Source: Eledone cirrhosa
Taxonomy: Eukaryota
Direction of reading: 5' to 3'
Assembly: GCA_964016885.1 (NCBI GenBank)
Contig: OZ024749.1
Coordinates: 7,626,001-7,690,000, forward strand
Length of the DNA stretch: 64,000 nt
Below the pieces are notes generated by a model. The model searched no databases and was not told the DNA's origin. It saw nothing but the letters and a program-made list of their open reading frames with translations. How positions within the stretch are numbered: position 1 is the stretch's first letter; every line of letters starts with the position of its first letter. Positions 1 to 13,121 of this stretch are shown piece after piece. A program made the position numbers and the translations under genes.

Positions 1-119
1 ATTTAATTTGTTGGGATACAACAAGCAAATATTTTTATAACTGATATAAAGCACTCAACAAATAATTGGAGTAAAAATACGATAGTAACAAATGGAAACT
101 ATATTTATAAAACCATATT

Positions 120-184
120 TATTTCATTATACATATTTCAAGGGCACCAAGTTAAATTATGGTGTGCTTTCATCAGATAAAATA
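120..184 (-). ncRNA. Type I hammerhead ribozyme (family D)
   Basis: Minus strand reads tattttat-CTGATGA-aagcacacca..tggtgccctt-GAA-ATATGTAT-A-atgaaata: 8-bp stem I, intact core, AUA triplet. Confidence 0.8.
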
Positions 185-318
185 TAATATAGAGCAGTTT
201 TATCAATAAATATTGACATACCCTTAAAGAATGCGACCATTACCGTTGAGCTTCCAACAGTAATGGTCGCATTCTTTAAGGGTATGTCAATATTTATTTA
301 TAAAACTGCTCTATATTA

Positions 319-383
319 TATTTTATCTGATGAAAGCACACCATAATTTAAATTGGTGTCCTTGAAATATGTATAATGAAATA
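319..383 (+). ncRNA. Type I hammerhead ribozyme (family D)
   Basis: tattttat(319-326) CTGATGA(327-333) stem II(334-363) GAA(364-366) ATATGTAT A(375) atgaaata(376-383); predicted cleavage after 375. Confidence 0.8.
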
Positions 384-445
384 AATATGGTTTTATAAAT
401 ATAGTTTCCATTTGTTAATATCGTGTATGTATATATATATATATA

Positions 446-476
<31 letters not shown>

Positions 477-494
477 TTATATGTATATATATAT

Positions 495-700
495 ACGAAG
501 GAGAAGTTGGCCTGTCCTGACCCGGATACGATTGCGAGCTGGAATGGCTCTTCCAGCGCGTCTCCCTCATCATCCTTCGGGGAAGCTCCTTCTCTAGTCT
601 GTTCGGCCAGCGCGTGGGCCCCCATTTACTCACAATAGTGAGAGATGGAATAAGCGGGAGAGATGCCAGACAGTCGGAGCATGGTTCTCTTATTTATCAT
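495..700. repeat. Unclassified GC-rich dispersed repeat related to 61096-61300
   Basis: Shares cccccattt(a/g)ctcacaatagtgagagatg and downstream similarity with 61214-61290; begins at a (TA)n tract. Confidence 0.55.
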
Positions 701-993
701 TTTCAATCTTCATTACATATATACATTTTCTGTGCCCGGATAACTTATGTAATTTACTATATAAGCCCCCCCCCCCAAAAAAAAAAAAAAACTCCCCGAA
801 ACTGTAACACCATTACTACTATCAACAGAGGAGAAACACTGACACAGCAGCAACAACAAACAGCAACAAAAACCGCAATAACAACAACGACATTAACCAC
901 AGCAATAACAGCAACCACAGTAATAACAACAAAACAACACCAACAAAAACAAATGCAACACTTTTTTAAAAGCCATAACTACAAGAATTCAAT

Positions 994-1782
994 ATTATGT
1001 TCTCCCGCCGAGGTTAACTTTGCCTTTCATCCTTACGGGGTCGATAAAATAAGGTACCAGTAATGTACTGGTGAATTTGCTGGCCTTGTGCCAATAGTAG
1101 AAACAATTATGTTCTCCCGCCAAGGTTAACTTTGCCTTTCATCCTTACGGGGTCGATAAAATAAAGTACCAGTAATGTACTGTGGATTTGCTGGCCTTGT
1201 GCCAATAGTACAAACAATTATGTTCTCCCGCCGAGGTTAACTTTGCCTTTCATCCTTACGGGGTCGATAAAATAAAGTACCAGTAATGTACTGTGGATTT
1301 GCTGGCCTTGTGCCAATAGTACAAACAATTATGTTCTCCCGCCGAGGTTAACTTTGCCTTTCATCCTTACGGGATCGATAAAATAAAGTACCAGTAATGT
1401 ACTGGTGAATTTGCTGGCCTTGTGCCAATAGTAGAAACAATTATGTTCTCCCGCCAAGGTTAACTTTGCCTTTCATCCTTACGGGGTCGATAAAATAAAG
1501 TACCAGTAATGTACTGTGGATTTGCTGGCCTTGTGCCAATAGTACAAACAATTATGTTCTCCCGCCGAGGTTAACTTTGCCTTTCATCCTTACGGGGTCG
1601 ATAAAATAAAGTACCAGTAATGTACTGTGGATTTGCTGGCCTTGTGCCAATAGTACAAACAATTATGTTCTCCCGCCGAGGTTAACTTTGCTTTCATCCT
1701 TACGGGGTCGATAAAATAAAGTACCAGTAATGCACTGGATAATTGCTGGCCTTGTGCCTAATGTAGAAACAATTATATTCTC
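994..1782 (+). repeat. Tandem array of 7 head-truncated Deu/Nin-core SINE copies (111-112 bp unit)
   Basis: Units start at 999, 1111, 1222, 1333, 1445, 1556 and 1667; core gcctttcatccttacggggtcgataaaataaagtacc; bounded by attat(g/a)ttctc direct repeats. Confidence 0.9.
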
Positions 1783-1849
1783 CTCCATATTTATTTCTTC
1801 CTATATTAATTACCTTTCTATCTTACCTTCATTAATTATTTCATTCTTA

Positions 1850-3725
1850 CAACCTTCCCCTCTCCTTCACTCTCTACATATTCCCCAGCTCTCTCTTCCC
1901 TTCCTCTCCACCTCACTACACCTCTCCCCTCTCATCCACACCTCACCCTTCACATTGTTCTCTCCGCTCCGCCCCGCTCCACACGACTTCTCCCCCACTC
2001 CCCTCCACACACCACCCTCCCCCATCGCCCTCCCTACCCCCGCCACTCTCCGCACAGCTCTCTGCTCTCCCCACGCCCTCCCCCACTCCCCCAACCACCG
2101 AGTTATACAGTAGGTCAACCATTCTCTCCTCCATCAAACATGTATTCCTTTATTCCATTCAACTGTGAAACAATTGGTTGCCTGACTGTTTACTGTATAG
2201 TGAGTGGTGCGTGGGGGTGGGGTACGTAACCAAATACCACCACCACCACCACCATCATACAGGCCAGCAGCAGCACCGCCGCCACCGCTACCACCAGAAA
2301 AAGCACCACCATCACCAACACCACTACGACCACAAACTACTACCACTACCACCACAAACTACTACCACTACCACCAATACCACCATCGCTACCACCAGCA
2401 CCAGCACCACCACTATCATACAGGCCAGCAATAACAGCAGCACCACCGCCACCACCACTACCACCAGCACCAGCACCACCACAACCACCAACACCACCAT
2501 TGCTACAACAAACCACCACTAACACACCACTAGCACCACTACCAACACCACCACCACCAACACCACCACCACTAGCATCACTACCACCATCACCATCACC
2601 ACACACCGCCACCCTCACCACCACTACCACCATCACCACCACCACCACCACCCTCACCACCACATCACCACCACCACCACCACCACATACCACCACCACA
2701 TACCACCACCAACACCACCACCACCACACCCTCACCACCACCACCACCCTCACCGCCACCACTACAGCCACCACCATCACCCTCACCACCACCATCACAC
2801 CTTCACCACCATTACCTCCACCACCACCACTATCACCAACACAACCACCACCACCGCCACCACTACCATCACCACCACCACAACCACCACATACCACCAA
2901 CACACTACCACCACCACACCATCACCACCGCCCTCACCACCACATCAACACCACCGCCACCATACCCTCACCGCCACTACCCTCACCACCACCACCACCA
3001 CTACCCTAACCACCACCACCGCCACTACCCTCACCACCACCACCGCCACTACCCTCACCACCACCACTACCACCACCACCACCACTACCACTACCAACAC
3101 CACCACCACCGCCACTACCCTCACCACCACCACTACCAACACCACCACCAACACCACCACTACCAACACCACCACCGCCGCCACCACCACCACCACCACC
3201 AACACCACCACCACCACCACTACCACCACTTCCACCACTACCACCAACAGTACCACCACCAACATCACCACCACCACCACTACCTCCACCACCACTACCA
3301 ATACCACCAACACCACCACTACCACCACCTCCACTACCCCCCCCCCCCCCCCCATCCCACCACTACCCCCTCCCCCGACACCAACACCACCACCACTACC
3401 AACACCACCAACACCACCACCACTACCAACACCACCGCCACATCACCACTACCAACACCACCACCACCACCACCACCACCACTATAACTACCACTACCAA
3501 CACCACCACCACCACTAACCCCCCCACACCAACACCACCACCACTACCCACACCACCAACACCACCACCACTACCAACACCACCGCCACCACCACCACTA
3601 CCAACACCACCACCACCACCACCACCACTACTATAACTACCACTACCAACACCACCACCACCACTAACCTCCCCACACCAACACCACCACCACTACCAAC
3701 ACCACCGCCACCACCACCACCACCA
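1850..3725. repeat. C-rich / degenerate (CAC)n low-complexity tract
   Basis: Imperfect CAC/CCA/CTA triplets; the ORFs here are poly-T/P/H/V artefacts. Confidence 0.9.
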
Positions 3726-4099
3726 ATGAATACGAGAAACTATTGACACATTCTCATTAAAAAACTGAAATACTCAGGAATATAATTGAATTGTTTGCGA
3801 TTAAAGAATATTTTTTACTGAGTTTTAATAGAAAAATAGGTAAAAATGGTTGTGAGATTGTTGATATTGTTGTTGGATAATGGTGTTAACTGGTGTGATA
3901 TGGTGGGCGGGGTGCTATAAATGGGGAGGGAGTGGGAGAAGAAGAAGAAGAAGAAGGAGGTGGAGGAGAAGATGTTGATGATGATGAAGTGAAAGTAGAA
4001 GGAGAGGAGATGTTCGTGTTTTAATTGTTCAGAAAATTAATTTCTTGTGAAAGTGGATTTTCGTTTTGTTTCTTTATATTTTTCCATTAATCAAATAGG

Positions 4100-4902
4100 A
4101 AGCTGGGCTGAAAAGTTCGTAGGCTGACTATGAAGGAGTTTTGTTAGGGAACTGTGGAATGTTGCATGTATTAGTTTAAACTATTCTTATTAATAACTTC
4201 ATTGTTTCCCTCCTGGTAAACTGACATCTCAAAACTAGTAGCGTCTTCTTTTGAAGATGGACAAAATTTAGCATCGTTTTGTTATAAAATGTCTGCAGAA
4301 AAAGGTCTCAGTCGCCAAGGACATTCATGATGACATGAGTGCTACATTAGGGGATGATGCAGCATCTATATCAACAGTGCAAAGTACGAGCAACTGAAAT
4401 TAGGAGTGAAGGGAGCGTCGTGAAGGTGACCCAAGGTCTGGACGTCCTGCCACAGCCAATACCGAAGAAAACGGTGGTCGTATTCACCACATGGTGATGG
4501 ATGACAGGCGATTGACTATAAATCAAATAGCCAATCCTATTAAAATATACCGTGAGAAAGTTCAGAATATTCTGCACAATGAATTTGGCATGGCGAAGGT
4601 TTGTGGTTGGTGGTTACCTCGTCTTCTGACACCTGGTAAAAAGCGCAACAGGCTCATCACATCTCGGGAAAATCTGACATTGCTCCTATTTGACTATCAT
4701 CTGTTCCTCAACATGAACAGAACCACTTGGTAAGGAACTAGTATCATGGTGATGATGACGTCATATATTCTGTTTGTGACTTCTTTGACCAACAGGATGA
4801 AATTGGTTCACCAATGGTATCCAACCACTGAAATAGAGGACGTGTGTGACCTCACATTCCATGAACGTTTCTTGGTCAGCCTATTTTTAACCGACTCTCG
4901 TA
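4100..4902 (+). mobile_element. Internally deleted, degenerate mariner transposon
   Basis: Transposase remnants from ATG at 4257 (MDKI*HRFVIK...DPRSGRP...DRRLT...WLPRLLT, a WVPRLL-like motif) jump directly to DYHLF, so the catalytic core is lost. Decayed TIRs gctgaaaagttc...ctcgTA. Confidence 0.85.
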
Positions 4903-5746
4903 CGAAAGAATTGGAAAATTATTCAGTTCTTTCTAGCTTTTCATTCTCTGCATACACACATACACATACACTCACACATACACACTCAAACACACACACA
5001 CACACTCATATATATATCTATATAAAAATATATATCAGCAGGAAACCCCACAGCTACATTATACGAACAGACAGCTGTATCGTTACCTCTTCAGCCAACT
5101 TACTGGATTGCAATTTTGAGTATTAATGCGTTACTTCACACGTGAAGCCTGTTTGTGCAACAGGTTACAGAACTGGTGAAATACACATGTTCTACTATAA
5201 AAATTAAAGGCCTGATTGAAACACTTACGGATGTTTTTCGACCAAAATATGTTAAAATGAAAAAAGGGAATTGATTATAAACAAATAGAGACCAGACTTG
5301 CCATGAAACATGTGGAACAGTTGAGGCTGAAATGGTGGTATATTTGATGATTGTCGCTTAAATGGTCATCGAACGCCTGATATGAATCAAATTTTCAATA
5401 TATGGGGTGGTAAAGAAATAAGATAACAACTTATTCCTTTGAATGCTAAACGTAATATGTGCGTGATAAAGTGACATTTGAATTCATTCATTTTCTAAAT
5501 GTATTCACTTGCGTAAGTTTGACAAGCAAACTGGACACATTAGCTTTGGAAGAGGAAACCGTGTTGAACCGGATTTAACACTATTGTCTTAGTGGTAACT
5601 GAAAATTTACTTCAATAAAAGTAATTCGGATTTCAGATTCATGAGAACATATCATTACATTATTTGTATTCAAGGAATTTATCTCAGAAACCATACAGGA
5701 GAATTGCAATGCAGCTGGATTTCTCATAATTGATATGATAAATAAT

Positions 5747-5932
5747 TGTTTCTACGTTAGGCACAAGGTCAGCTATTAACAGTACATTACTGGTACTTTA
5801 TGTTATCGACCCCGTAGGGATGAAAGGCAAAGTTAACCTCGGCGGGATTTGAACTCAGACTGTAAAGGGACGTAACTATGCTAGAAAGCATGGCGTCCAA
5901 CCCTCTACCGATACTGCCAATTCACCACCGCC
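5747..5932 (-). mobile_element. Full-length tRNA-derived Deu/Nin-core SINE with 16-bp TSD
   Basis: A box (tggcagtatcgg) and B box (gagttcaaatcc) on the minus strand; TSD tgatatgataaataat at 5731-5746 and 5933-5948. Confidence 0.9.
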
Positions 5933-6339
5933 TGATATGATAAATAATGACTAGAGTCAGTTACTTACACAGGGCATCGTTGGAAATATTTATCTGTCAA
6001 CTATTTCTAAAATGTAATGTGATAGAGAAGTTGCCACTCTCAGTCAGGTTCGTCGTCAAATCCATCTCATAGTGATGCACCAAAGACCCTTCAGAGGAAC
6101 CATATTGCGGCATTTTGTATTAGCTATCGTTTTCTTCTGGTCATTACCGAAGATTCATAGGTACATTTTTGGTAATTTGCGACACTTCCATTAATGTTAA
6201 GCGTCGTATAAGATGCTTGTCGGCGTATAGCTATGAAAACCACCATGCCATAAGGTGCGTGAGTTTTTATTAGCAACATGACTCTCCCAAATTATAACAA
6301 TATATATATATATATATGTCTGTGTGTATGGGCGGGTGT

Positions 6340-6523
6340 GTGGGTTTATACGGATTCAATCGGGGGTAACCACAGTAAGTAAGGTACTCAATACATAGCA
6401 GAGTATGAATATTTAATATAGAAATAGCTTCTACAGGATTAGAACTGTTCCATTCGAAGGAAATCATCAGAACTTTCCCGATGATTACCTTCGAATGAAC
6501 CAGTTCTAGTCTCGTAGAAGCTA

Positions 6524-6528
<5 letters not shown>
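6340..6528 (-). mobile_element. Fold-back PLE-type end, family C (hairpin 6420-6528), degenerate HHR
   Basis: Homologous to 54268-54430. CTGATGA on minus and CCGATGA on plus at the hairpin centre; GAAAC-TGTTCTA-GTC stem III/cleavage motif is clearest in the 54 kb copy. Confidence 0.65.
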
Positions 6529-6593
<65 letters not shown>

Positions 6594-6877
6594 TGTATGT
6601 ATGTATGTATGTATGTATGTATGTATGTATGTATGTATGTATGTGTGTGTATGTGATTCCAGTTGCCCGGTGGACTAACAACACACCCAGTAGCTGGACA
6701 TATCGATGTATTGACAGAGTGGAATACACTTCAACGACATGTCTACCTGTCTTTTCCACACCAAATCGGTGTGCATAAAGAGGTCACAGCCAATAATAGC
6801 TGTCACCGAAATATATATAGCAGAGAATTTATAATAAACGAAGCCAAATTTTACATGTTTTATTTTATATATATAGA

Positions 6878-7072
6878 GAGAGCAAACAGCACGGACACTC
6901 TATCTCAACATTATTTTTGAAAAGCATTTAGAAATGCGCAACCGGTAAAAACTTAAAAACTTAAAACCACAACTGAATACTAACCCATACAATCACTAAT
7001 ACTCTTTTATTCCTAATTAAACCATTTTTGAACTGTGAACAATTTGTCAGCATTTTCTATTCCGTTTACCAA
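6878..7072 (+). mobile_element. Terminal fragment of the PLE family at 37257-38360 (family G)
   Basis: Reverse-complement match to 37257-37450; 6250-6297 matches 37459-37507. Confidence 0.75.
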
Positions 7073-7136
7073 TATATATATATATATATAAATGAATACA
7101 AAGGAATATAAACCGTTAAAACATGTTTATATAAAA

Positions 7137-7181
7137 ATGCACCTACGAACGTTTCGCCCAAAGAGGGCTTCTCAAGGGCAT
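7137..7181 (-). ncRNA. Minimal type I HHR, U3-A8 variant, in an inverted PLE-type end (7091-7500)
   Basis: Minus strand: atgccc-TTGAGAA-gccc-tcttt-gggc-GAA-ACGttCGT-A-ggtgcat. An inverted copy of the 3' half lies at 7277-7345. Confidence 0.75.
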
Positions 7182-7529
7182 AGAAGACAAAAAAATTATC
7201 AGTAGGTGACCCAGGAGGGGTTTTAAGGTTAAATTTCATCAGAGTTCATACTTTGTTCAAGCACGCGTGTTGTTTTTGCCGAAATGTACGTAGGTGCATT
7301 GTTATATAAACATGTTTTAACGGTATATACTCATTTGTATTCATTTTATTTGTAACCGCTCTGCTTATATTCTCGCCCGCTAGATATTAACACTTCTAAT
7401 ATTTAACCCTGTAGGCACAAGTATTGAGCACATTTGCACAAGCTATTGGCAACTAAATGTATGTATCGCTTATCTCTTCTTCTCTCTCGCGATACTTAAA
7501 TCTTCTCTCTCTCTCTATATATATATATA

Positions 7530-7714
7530 TAGGAAAATGTTAGACCCCGACGGCAGAGCCCAAGCCATTTTGACGGCTATTTCTGGACTCGTCGAAACGG
7601 CTTGAGCTCTGCCGTTGGGGTCTAACATTTTCCTATTACCCACTCTACTACCCTAAGTATTGAGTACTCTGGTGCGTTATGGTCCATCTGGTTCCTTACC
7701 ACACATCCTTCGTT
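7530..7714 (-). mobile_element. Family A fold-back PLE terminal element
   Basis: Asymmetric palindrome in (TA)n containing GAAACGGCttgagctctGCCGT; matches the 3' end of the PLE at 53860-53920. Confidence 0.85.
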
Positions 7715-7987
7715 ATATACATGCATACATACATACATACATACATACATACATACATACATACATACATACATACATACATACATACATACATACATAC
7801 ATACATACATACATACATACATACGTACATACATACATTTATAAATACACACACGTACAAATATATGCTGCTCACACAAGTATATATATATATATATATA
7901 ATTAATATTAATACAATATTATATTTTATATACAAGTATATATATATATATATATCAACACATACATACATATATCCATGCTATATA

Positions 7988-8172
7988 TAATTGTTTCTAC
8001 TTTTGGCACAAGGCCAGCAATTATCTCAGTGTATTACTGGTACTTTATTTTATCGACCGCCATAAGGATGAAAGGCAAAGTTAACCTTGGCAGGATTTGA
8101 ACTCAGACCATAAAGGGCCGTAACTCGTTGCTGCAAAGCATGGCGTCCGACCCTCTACCGATTCTGCCAATG
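7988..8172 (-). mobile_element. Deu/Nin-core SINE
   Basis: Same consensus as 5747-5932. Confidence 0.85.
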
Positions 8173-8815
8173 CAGTATTGACGATATTTTTTTTTTTTTT
8201 CATTAAATTGTAACATACTTATGACGTTGTTAGTGGCTTGTTAATGCTAAAAGATTAGAGAGGAAGACGCGCATTTCAATTGCTTTAAACAAACATAAAC
8301 TGACTGGAAGTTATATTTATTTGGATGGTACGGTGTATGAAGTGTATAAACATTTCCGTATCATGAATTATAAATACCTCATATTAAGAACGAAATTCGA
8401 AACAGGGGGAAGTCATCACGATAGATCTCTTTCAATCAGCATCATCAGATTTATTTCAATATTAAATTTGATACGAGTAGTATGTACATAAATACGAAGC
8501 GACATTATAGAGAGAAGAGAAATATAGGCGGCCATTGTTGCTGCTGTTTTATATTCTACTCCGTTACATACGGCAGATAGCGTTAATGAACGAAAACGAA
8601 TGAAAACAAATGAAGACAAAAGCGTTAACATGTATATATCTGTGTATATATATAAATATGCGCGCGCGCGTGTGTGTGTGGGCTTGTGTGTATATATACA
8701 TATTTATGTTTATATATATAAATATATATATATATGTGCGTATGTATATATGTACATGTATATATATGTAGAAACATATACATATATATATATGTACATA
8801 TATATATATATATAA

Positions 8816-8856
<41 letters not shown>

Positions 8857-8967
8857 CACATATATATATTTATATACATACACACATATATATGTATATA
8901 TATATATATATTTATATATACATATATACATATATAATGTATATATATATATTTATATATATACATA

Positions 8968-9006
<39 letters not shown>

Positions 9007-9360
9007 ATATATTTATATATATACATATATATGTATATATATATATATATTTATATATATACTTATATACATATATATATATATATTTATATATATACAT
9101 ATATATGTATATATATATATATATTTATATGGAGAAGAACTTTATGAAACTGAAATGCTGGTATAAAGAATTTATTAGGTAACAATTGTTTCTATAGTGT
9201 ATGGTTACAATATATATATATTTATATATATACATATATATATGTATTTATATATATATACATATACACATATATATGTATATATATATATATTTATATA
9301 TATACATATATATATATGTATATATATACATATATATATACATATATGTATATATATATG

Positions 9361-9392
<32 letters not shown>

Positions 9393-9446
9393 CATATATA
9401 TATGTATATATATACATATATATATACATATATGTATATATATATG

Positions 9447-9496
<50 letters not shown>

Positions 9497-9533
9497 CATA
9501 TATATATATATACATATATGTATATATATATAC

Positions 9534-9585
<52 letters not shown>

Positions 9586-10426
9586 ATATACATATATGAA
9601 TAAATATACATACATATATACACATACACAAATGTATGTCCGTTATATATGTTTGTGCGTATGTGGATATTTATTTCAGCTGAAAAATATATTACTTTCG
9701 GTATCTTTTCATCTTGTAGTTGGAGGATTATTCGACTAAGACTAAAACTGCCAAATACGTGTGCAAGTTTGACGAGAAATATATGGTTATTTTTGATGCA
9801 CGGTAGCGAATCCTCTGTATGGTGAGTCGGCGTAGGGGCGTTGAAAAATGACCCGCCCTCGTCTCCATCAAACAGCAACTGTTAAACATATACTACTGTA
9901 AGTGTTGTCGTGAGGACATGACAACTTGACACACTCGCCACGTTAAACATGATGCTGGTTTCCTGCCAGTTGGTTTTGCTCGTTTAAATCTGTCCAGCAA
10001 TTCTTTCTCCAGACATTCTAACTCGATGTCCGTAGTAACGGAGCTTTGATCTCTCGATTAAGAGAAATAGTTGCTTTAACTGTAGAGTCTTCTTCATCTC
10101 GAGACATGCAGCGTACACCAAATAGCGTTACTCCATTCTAACCATTTGTATTCACAATCATATTCTTTCTGTCATTTACCCAAGATTTTTTAGCCGTAGG
10201 TAAAGAATCAATAGATCGAACGGCTAAAATGCTCATCGGTTCAACAGACGAAAATCCCATTGCTTATCTCATTTTACGAAATTTGTTTTTTCATTCAAGC
10301 AATCTATGTATTCCATCATACATTTAATCCTGAAACCATTAATGTTAGTTTTTAACCAAGCATTATTAACCATTAAACATTTACGGCCATAAGGAAACAC
10401 ATTACTTTAGGTTTATTTCCCATTTT

Positions 10427-11390
10427 CTCCGAAATAATGGTTTCCTGTTTAGGTACAATTTTAGGGTGAGTGGAAAGTCGATTAAATCGGCTTAGGTGCG
10501 TCACGGGTACTTCATTTTATCGACACCGTAAGATAGAAGGCAAAGCTAACCATGACAGGGTTTAGACCCAGAAAGTAAAGGGACGTAACTATATGACACA
10601 TGTAAGTTTTTCTGATGCTCGACCGATACTGCCAATATATCACCCTCAGAAATAATGATTTCTACTATAGGCACAAGGCCAGCAATTTGTGGAGAGTGGA
10701 AAGTCGATTAAATCGATCCCAGAACGTTACTGGTATTTTATTTTATCGACACAGCAAAGCGTAAATGGATGCAAAACTAACTATGGCGAGATTTGAACTC
10801 AGAACGTAAAAAGACGCAACTATATGACACAAGTAAGTTTTCCGATGCTCTACCGATTCTGCCAATCCGCCACCCTCAGAAATAATGGTTACTTATATAG
10901 GCACAAGGACAACAGTTTTGGGAGAGGGGAAAGTCGATTTAATCGACTCCAGTGCGTGACTAGTACTTTATTTTATCGACCTCGTAAGGATGAAAGGCAA
11001 AGTTAACCTCGGCGGGATTTGAACTCAGATTATAAAGCATGGCGTCTGACACTCTACCGATACTGCCAATCCACCGCCCTAGCATGGCGTCTGACACTCT
11101 ACCGATACTGCCAATCCACCGCCCTAGCATGGCGTCTGACACTCTACCGATACTGCCAATCCACCGCCCTAGCATGGCGTCTGACACTCTACCGATACTG
11201 CCAAGCCAACGCCCTACCCTCAGAAATAATGATTTATAATCAATGCACAAGACAAGTATCTTGTAGGAAAGGAAATATTTGGATAAATCAAACCGGCTTC
11301 ATTAATGGTACTTCATTTTACCGCACGGGAAAGATTAGAGCCACATCTTGTGCTAGGCGGGATTTATACCCAGACCCTAATAACTTGTGA
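10427..11390 (-). mobile_element. Chain of ~4 SINE copies, including a 45-bp head segment tandemly repeated 4 times (11036-11204)
   Basis: Copies separated by recurring ccctcagaaataatg; unit agcatggcgtctgacactctaccgatactgccaatccaccgccct at 11036, 11081, 11126 and 11171. Confidence 0.85.
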
Positions 11391-11511
11391 GTGAAATTTG
11401 GTAGGCCGACACAGATGATTAATGAGTCGGAACTAAATACTGTATATATACATACATACATACACACACATACATACATATATATATATATATATATTAG
11501 GTTATATATAT

Positions 11512-11737
11512 ATTGTTGTGAATAATGATAGCTATGGTGCTTCCATAGGCGGTATGCCAAAATTAGCACTCGATATTCAGCAGAGTAGAGTGTAGATAGT
11601 ATAAAGAAAACGAAAAATCAGTGATGCATCTGGACTTAATTTATTGCGTGCTACAATTGTTTCGCCGGCATGTAGCTCGAGTCATGGTCCTTGTCTGGAT
11701 CTGGCTGATTCTACGGCTGCATGTTCTTTCAGACACG
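11512..11737 (-). mobile_element. Family B PLE-type end with long-stem-II HHR (11647-11737, degenerate)
   Basis: Minus strand: cgtgt-CTGAAAGA-acatgcagc..gctacatgccggc-GAA-ACAATTGT-A-gcacg then AATAAA; homologous to 53972-54180 and 55090-55436. Confidence 0.7.
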
Positions 11738-11939
11738 GGTATTTCGTTCGGAGCAAATTATATCACTGGGGTGTTATCATAAAAAAAACACCCTCAAAAA
11801 ACGCTCCTCCACTCTTGTCATGCTATTGGCTGTTTTTACTCCACGTCATCACAGGTTCTGGTCAGTATTTACTGCTACACGGGTCATCAGCCATCAGCCA
11901 ATCGGTACAGTATATGGAACGAATATATTAGGTTAACGC

Positions 11940-12258
11940 TTGAAATAGCAGGAAGAGGGTCTTAACAGTTCGGACGGTAGTCCTTCATCAGAAGAAAGAA
12001 TGAGAAATTAGATAGATTGAAGGGATGGGCGGGATGGAATTGGAAAAATGTATTCAGATAAAAATAACGACAGGTCCATTCTACATTTTCGTCTTTTTAC
12101 ATGGACTAACTTTTATTTTCTGTATCTCTCCACTGTAATCCTTTCTCACTATTTATACTCATGAAGAAGGTCGAAAGCCCGACACGTCGAACTTTCTTTC
12201 TCATTTCCATGTAAAGCGTGAAAGTAATAAGACGTTTTGTACTTTTGTTCTATCCCCT
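11940..12258. mobile_element. PLE-like end with two decayed minimal HHR-like motifs in opposite orientation
   Basis: Minus 11958-11995 CTGATGA-aggac-tacc-gtcc-GAActgtta; plus ~12158-12190 atgaagaa-ggtcgaaagccc-gacacgtc. Tail aagcgtgaa..taataa is also seen at 40520-40570 (minus). Confidence 0.45.
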
Positions 12259-12355
12259 TATATATATATATATATATTATATAAATATATATATATATAT
12301 ATTATATATATATTATATAAATATATATATATATATTATATATATATATATATAT

Positions 12356-12386
<31 letters not shown>

Positions 12387-12531
12387 ATATATATATTATA
12401 TATATATTATATATTAGATAGATAGATAGATATATATAATATATATAATATATATATATAATATATATATATATATAATACATATAATATATATATATAT
12501 ATATAATATATATATATAATTATATATATAT

Positions 12532-12632
12532 AAACTTGTCGAGTGCTTTATATCAGTTATAAAATATTTACTTGTTGTAACCCAACAATTTTAAATAAAA
12601 CTTTTGCATATATAGATTATATATATATATAT

Positions 12633-12724
<92 letters not shown>

Positions 12725-12808
12725 ATATATATATATATATAATCTATATATGCAAAAGTTTTATTTAAAATTGTTGGGTTACAACAAGTAAATATTTTAT
12801 AACTGATA
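12532..12808. repeat. Inverted duplication of a family D tail centred on (TA)n
   Basis: 12550-12607 is the reverse complement of 12751-12808, and microsatellite interruptions are mirrored (tagatta/taatcta, taaatta/taattta). Confidence 0.85.
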
Positions 12809-13007
12809 TTATATATATTATATATTATATATATTATATATATATATTCTGCCTAGGCAGATCTCACCCAATGCAGCCTTGACAGAAGTATACTGCCCGA
12901 CTATGGCAGACAATGGATATACCCAGGACACTTTAGTGAAATACCAATATATGGAATATTACATTCATGTAACATTCTTTCCTTATTTTAATTTACATTC
13001 TTTTAAA

Positions 13008-13121
13008 GTTCCGATGAGCCGCTCTAATTATACCTAGGTTAATTATTTTCAACTGAACCAGATCAATAATGATCTATAAATATCCAGAAATATTATATGG
13101 AGTAGTGACACAATTGTAAAC
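13008..13121 (+). ncRNA. Degenerate long-stem-II HHR
   Basis: gtt-CCGATGA-gccgctcta...tggagtagt-GAC-ACAATTGT-A-aac; two core substitutions, probably inactive. Confidence 0.55.

Larger units (their letters stand above)
1..424. mobile_element. Fold-back PLE-type terminal element, family D (inverted arms ~79-246 / ~257-424; long arm runs off the window start)
   Basis: 79-424 is a near-perfect palindrome centred at ~250 and abuts (TA)n. The same sequence recurs at 47253-47525, 29812-29990, 12532-12808, 30170-30246 and 42159-42223. Each arm contains an HHR fold. Confidence 0.85.

Noticed and set aside
994-1782. CRISPR-like regular repeats (also 61252-61912)
   Set aside because: Whole units repeat with no variable spacers; derived from a SINE or a dispersed element.
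2178-3355. Extensin/mucin-like Pro/Thr/His ORFs
   Set aside because: Degenerate (CAC)n tract open in most frames; no splice signals or non-repetitive domain.
5229-5600. Minus-strand exons (donor at ~5228, acceptor at ~5599)
   Set aside because: Stops in most frames and no recognisable protein; cannot be supported.
8500-8580. YY1/Kozak-like caacaATGGCCGCC on minus (also tandem AAGATGGCCGC at 38929-38965)
   Set aside because: Isolated short motifs with no supporting exon structure.
9131-9210. HHR halves GAAACAATTGTT (minus), and similar at 49192 and 32305-32325
   Set aside because: Only the 3' half is present and no CUGANGA strand or stem I could be paired; counted as truncated PLE-type ends, not ribozymes.
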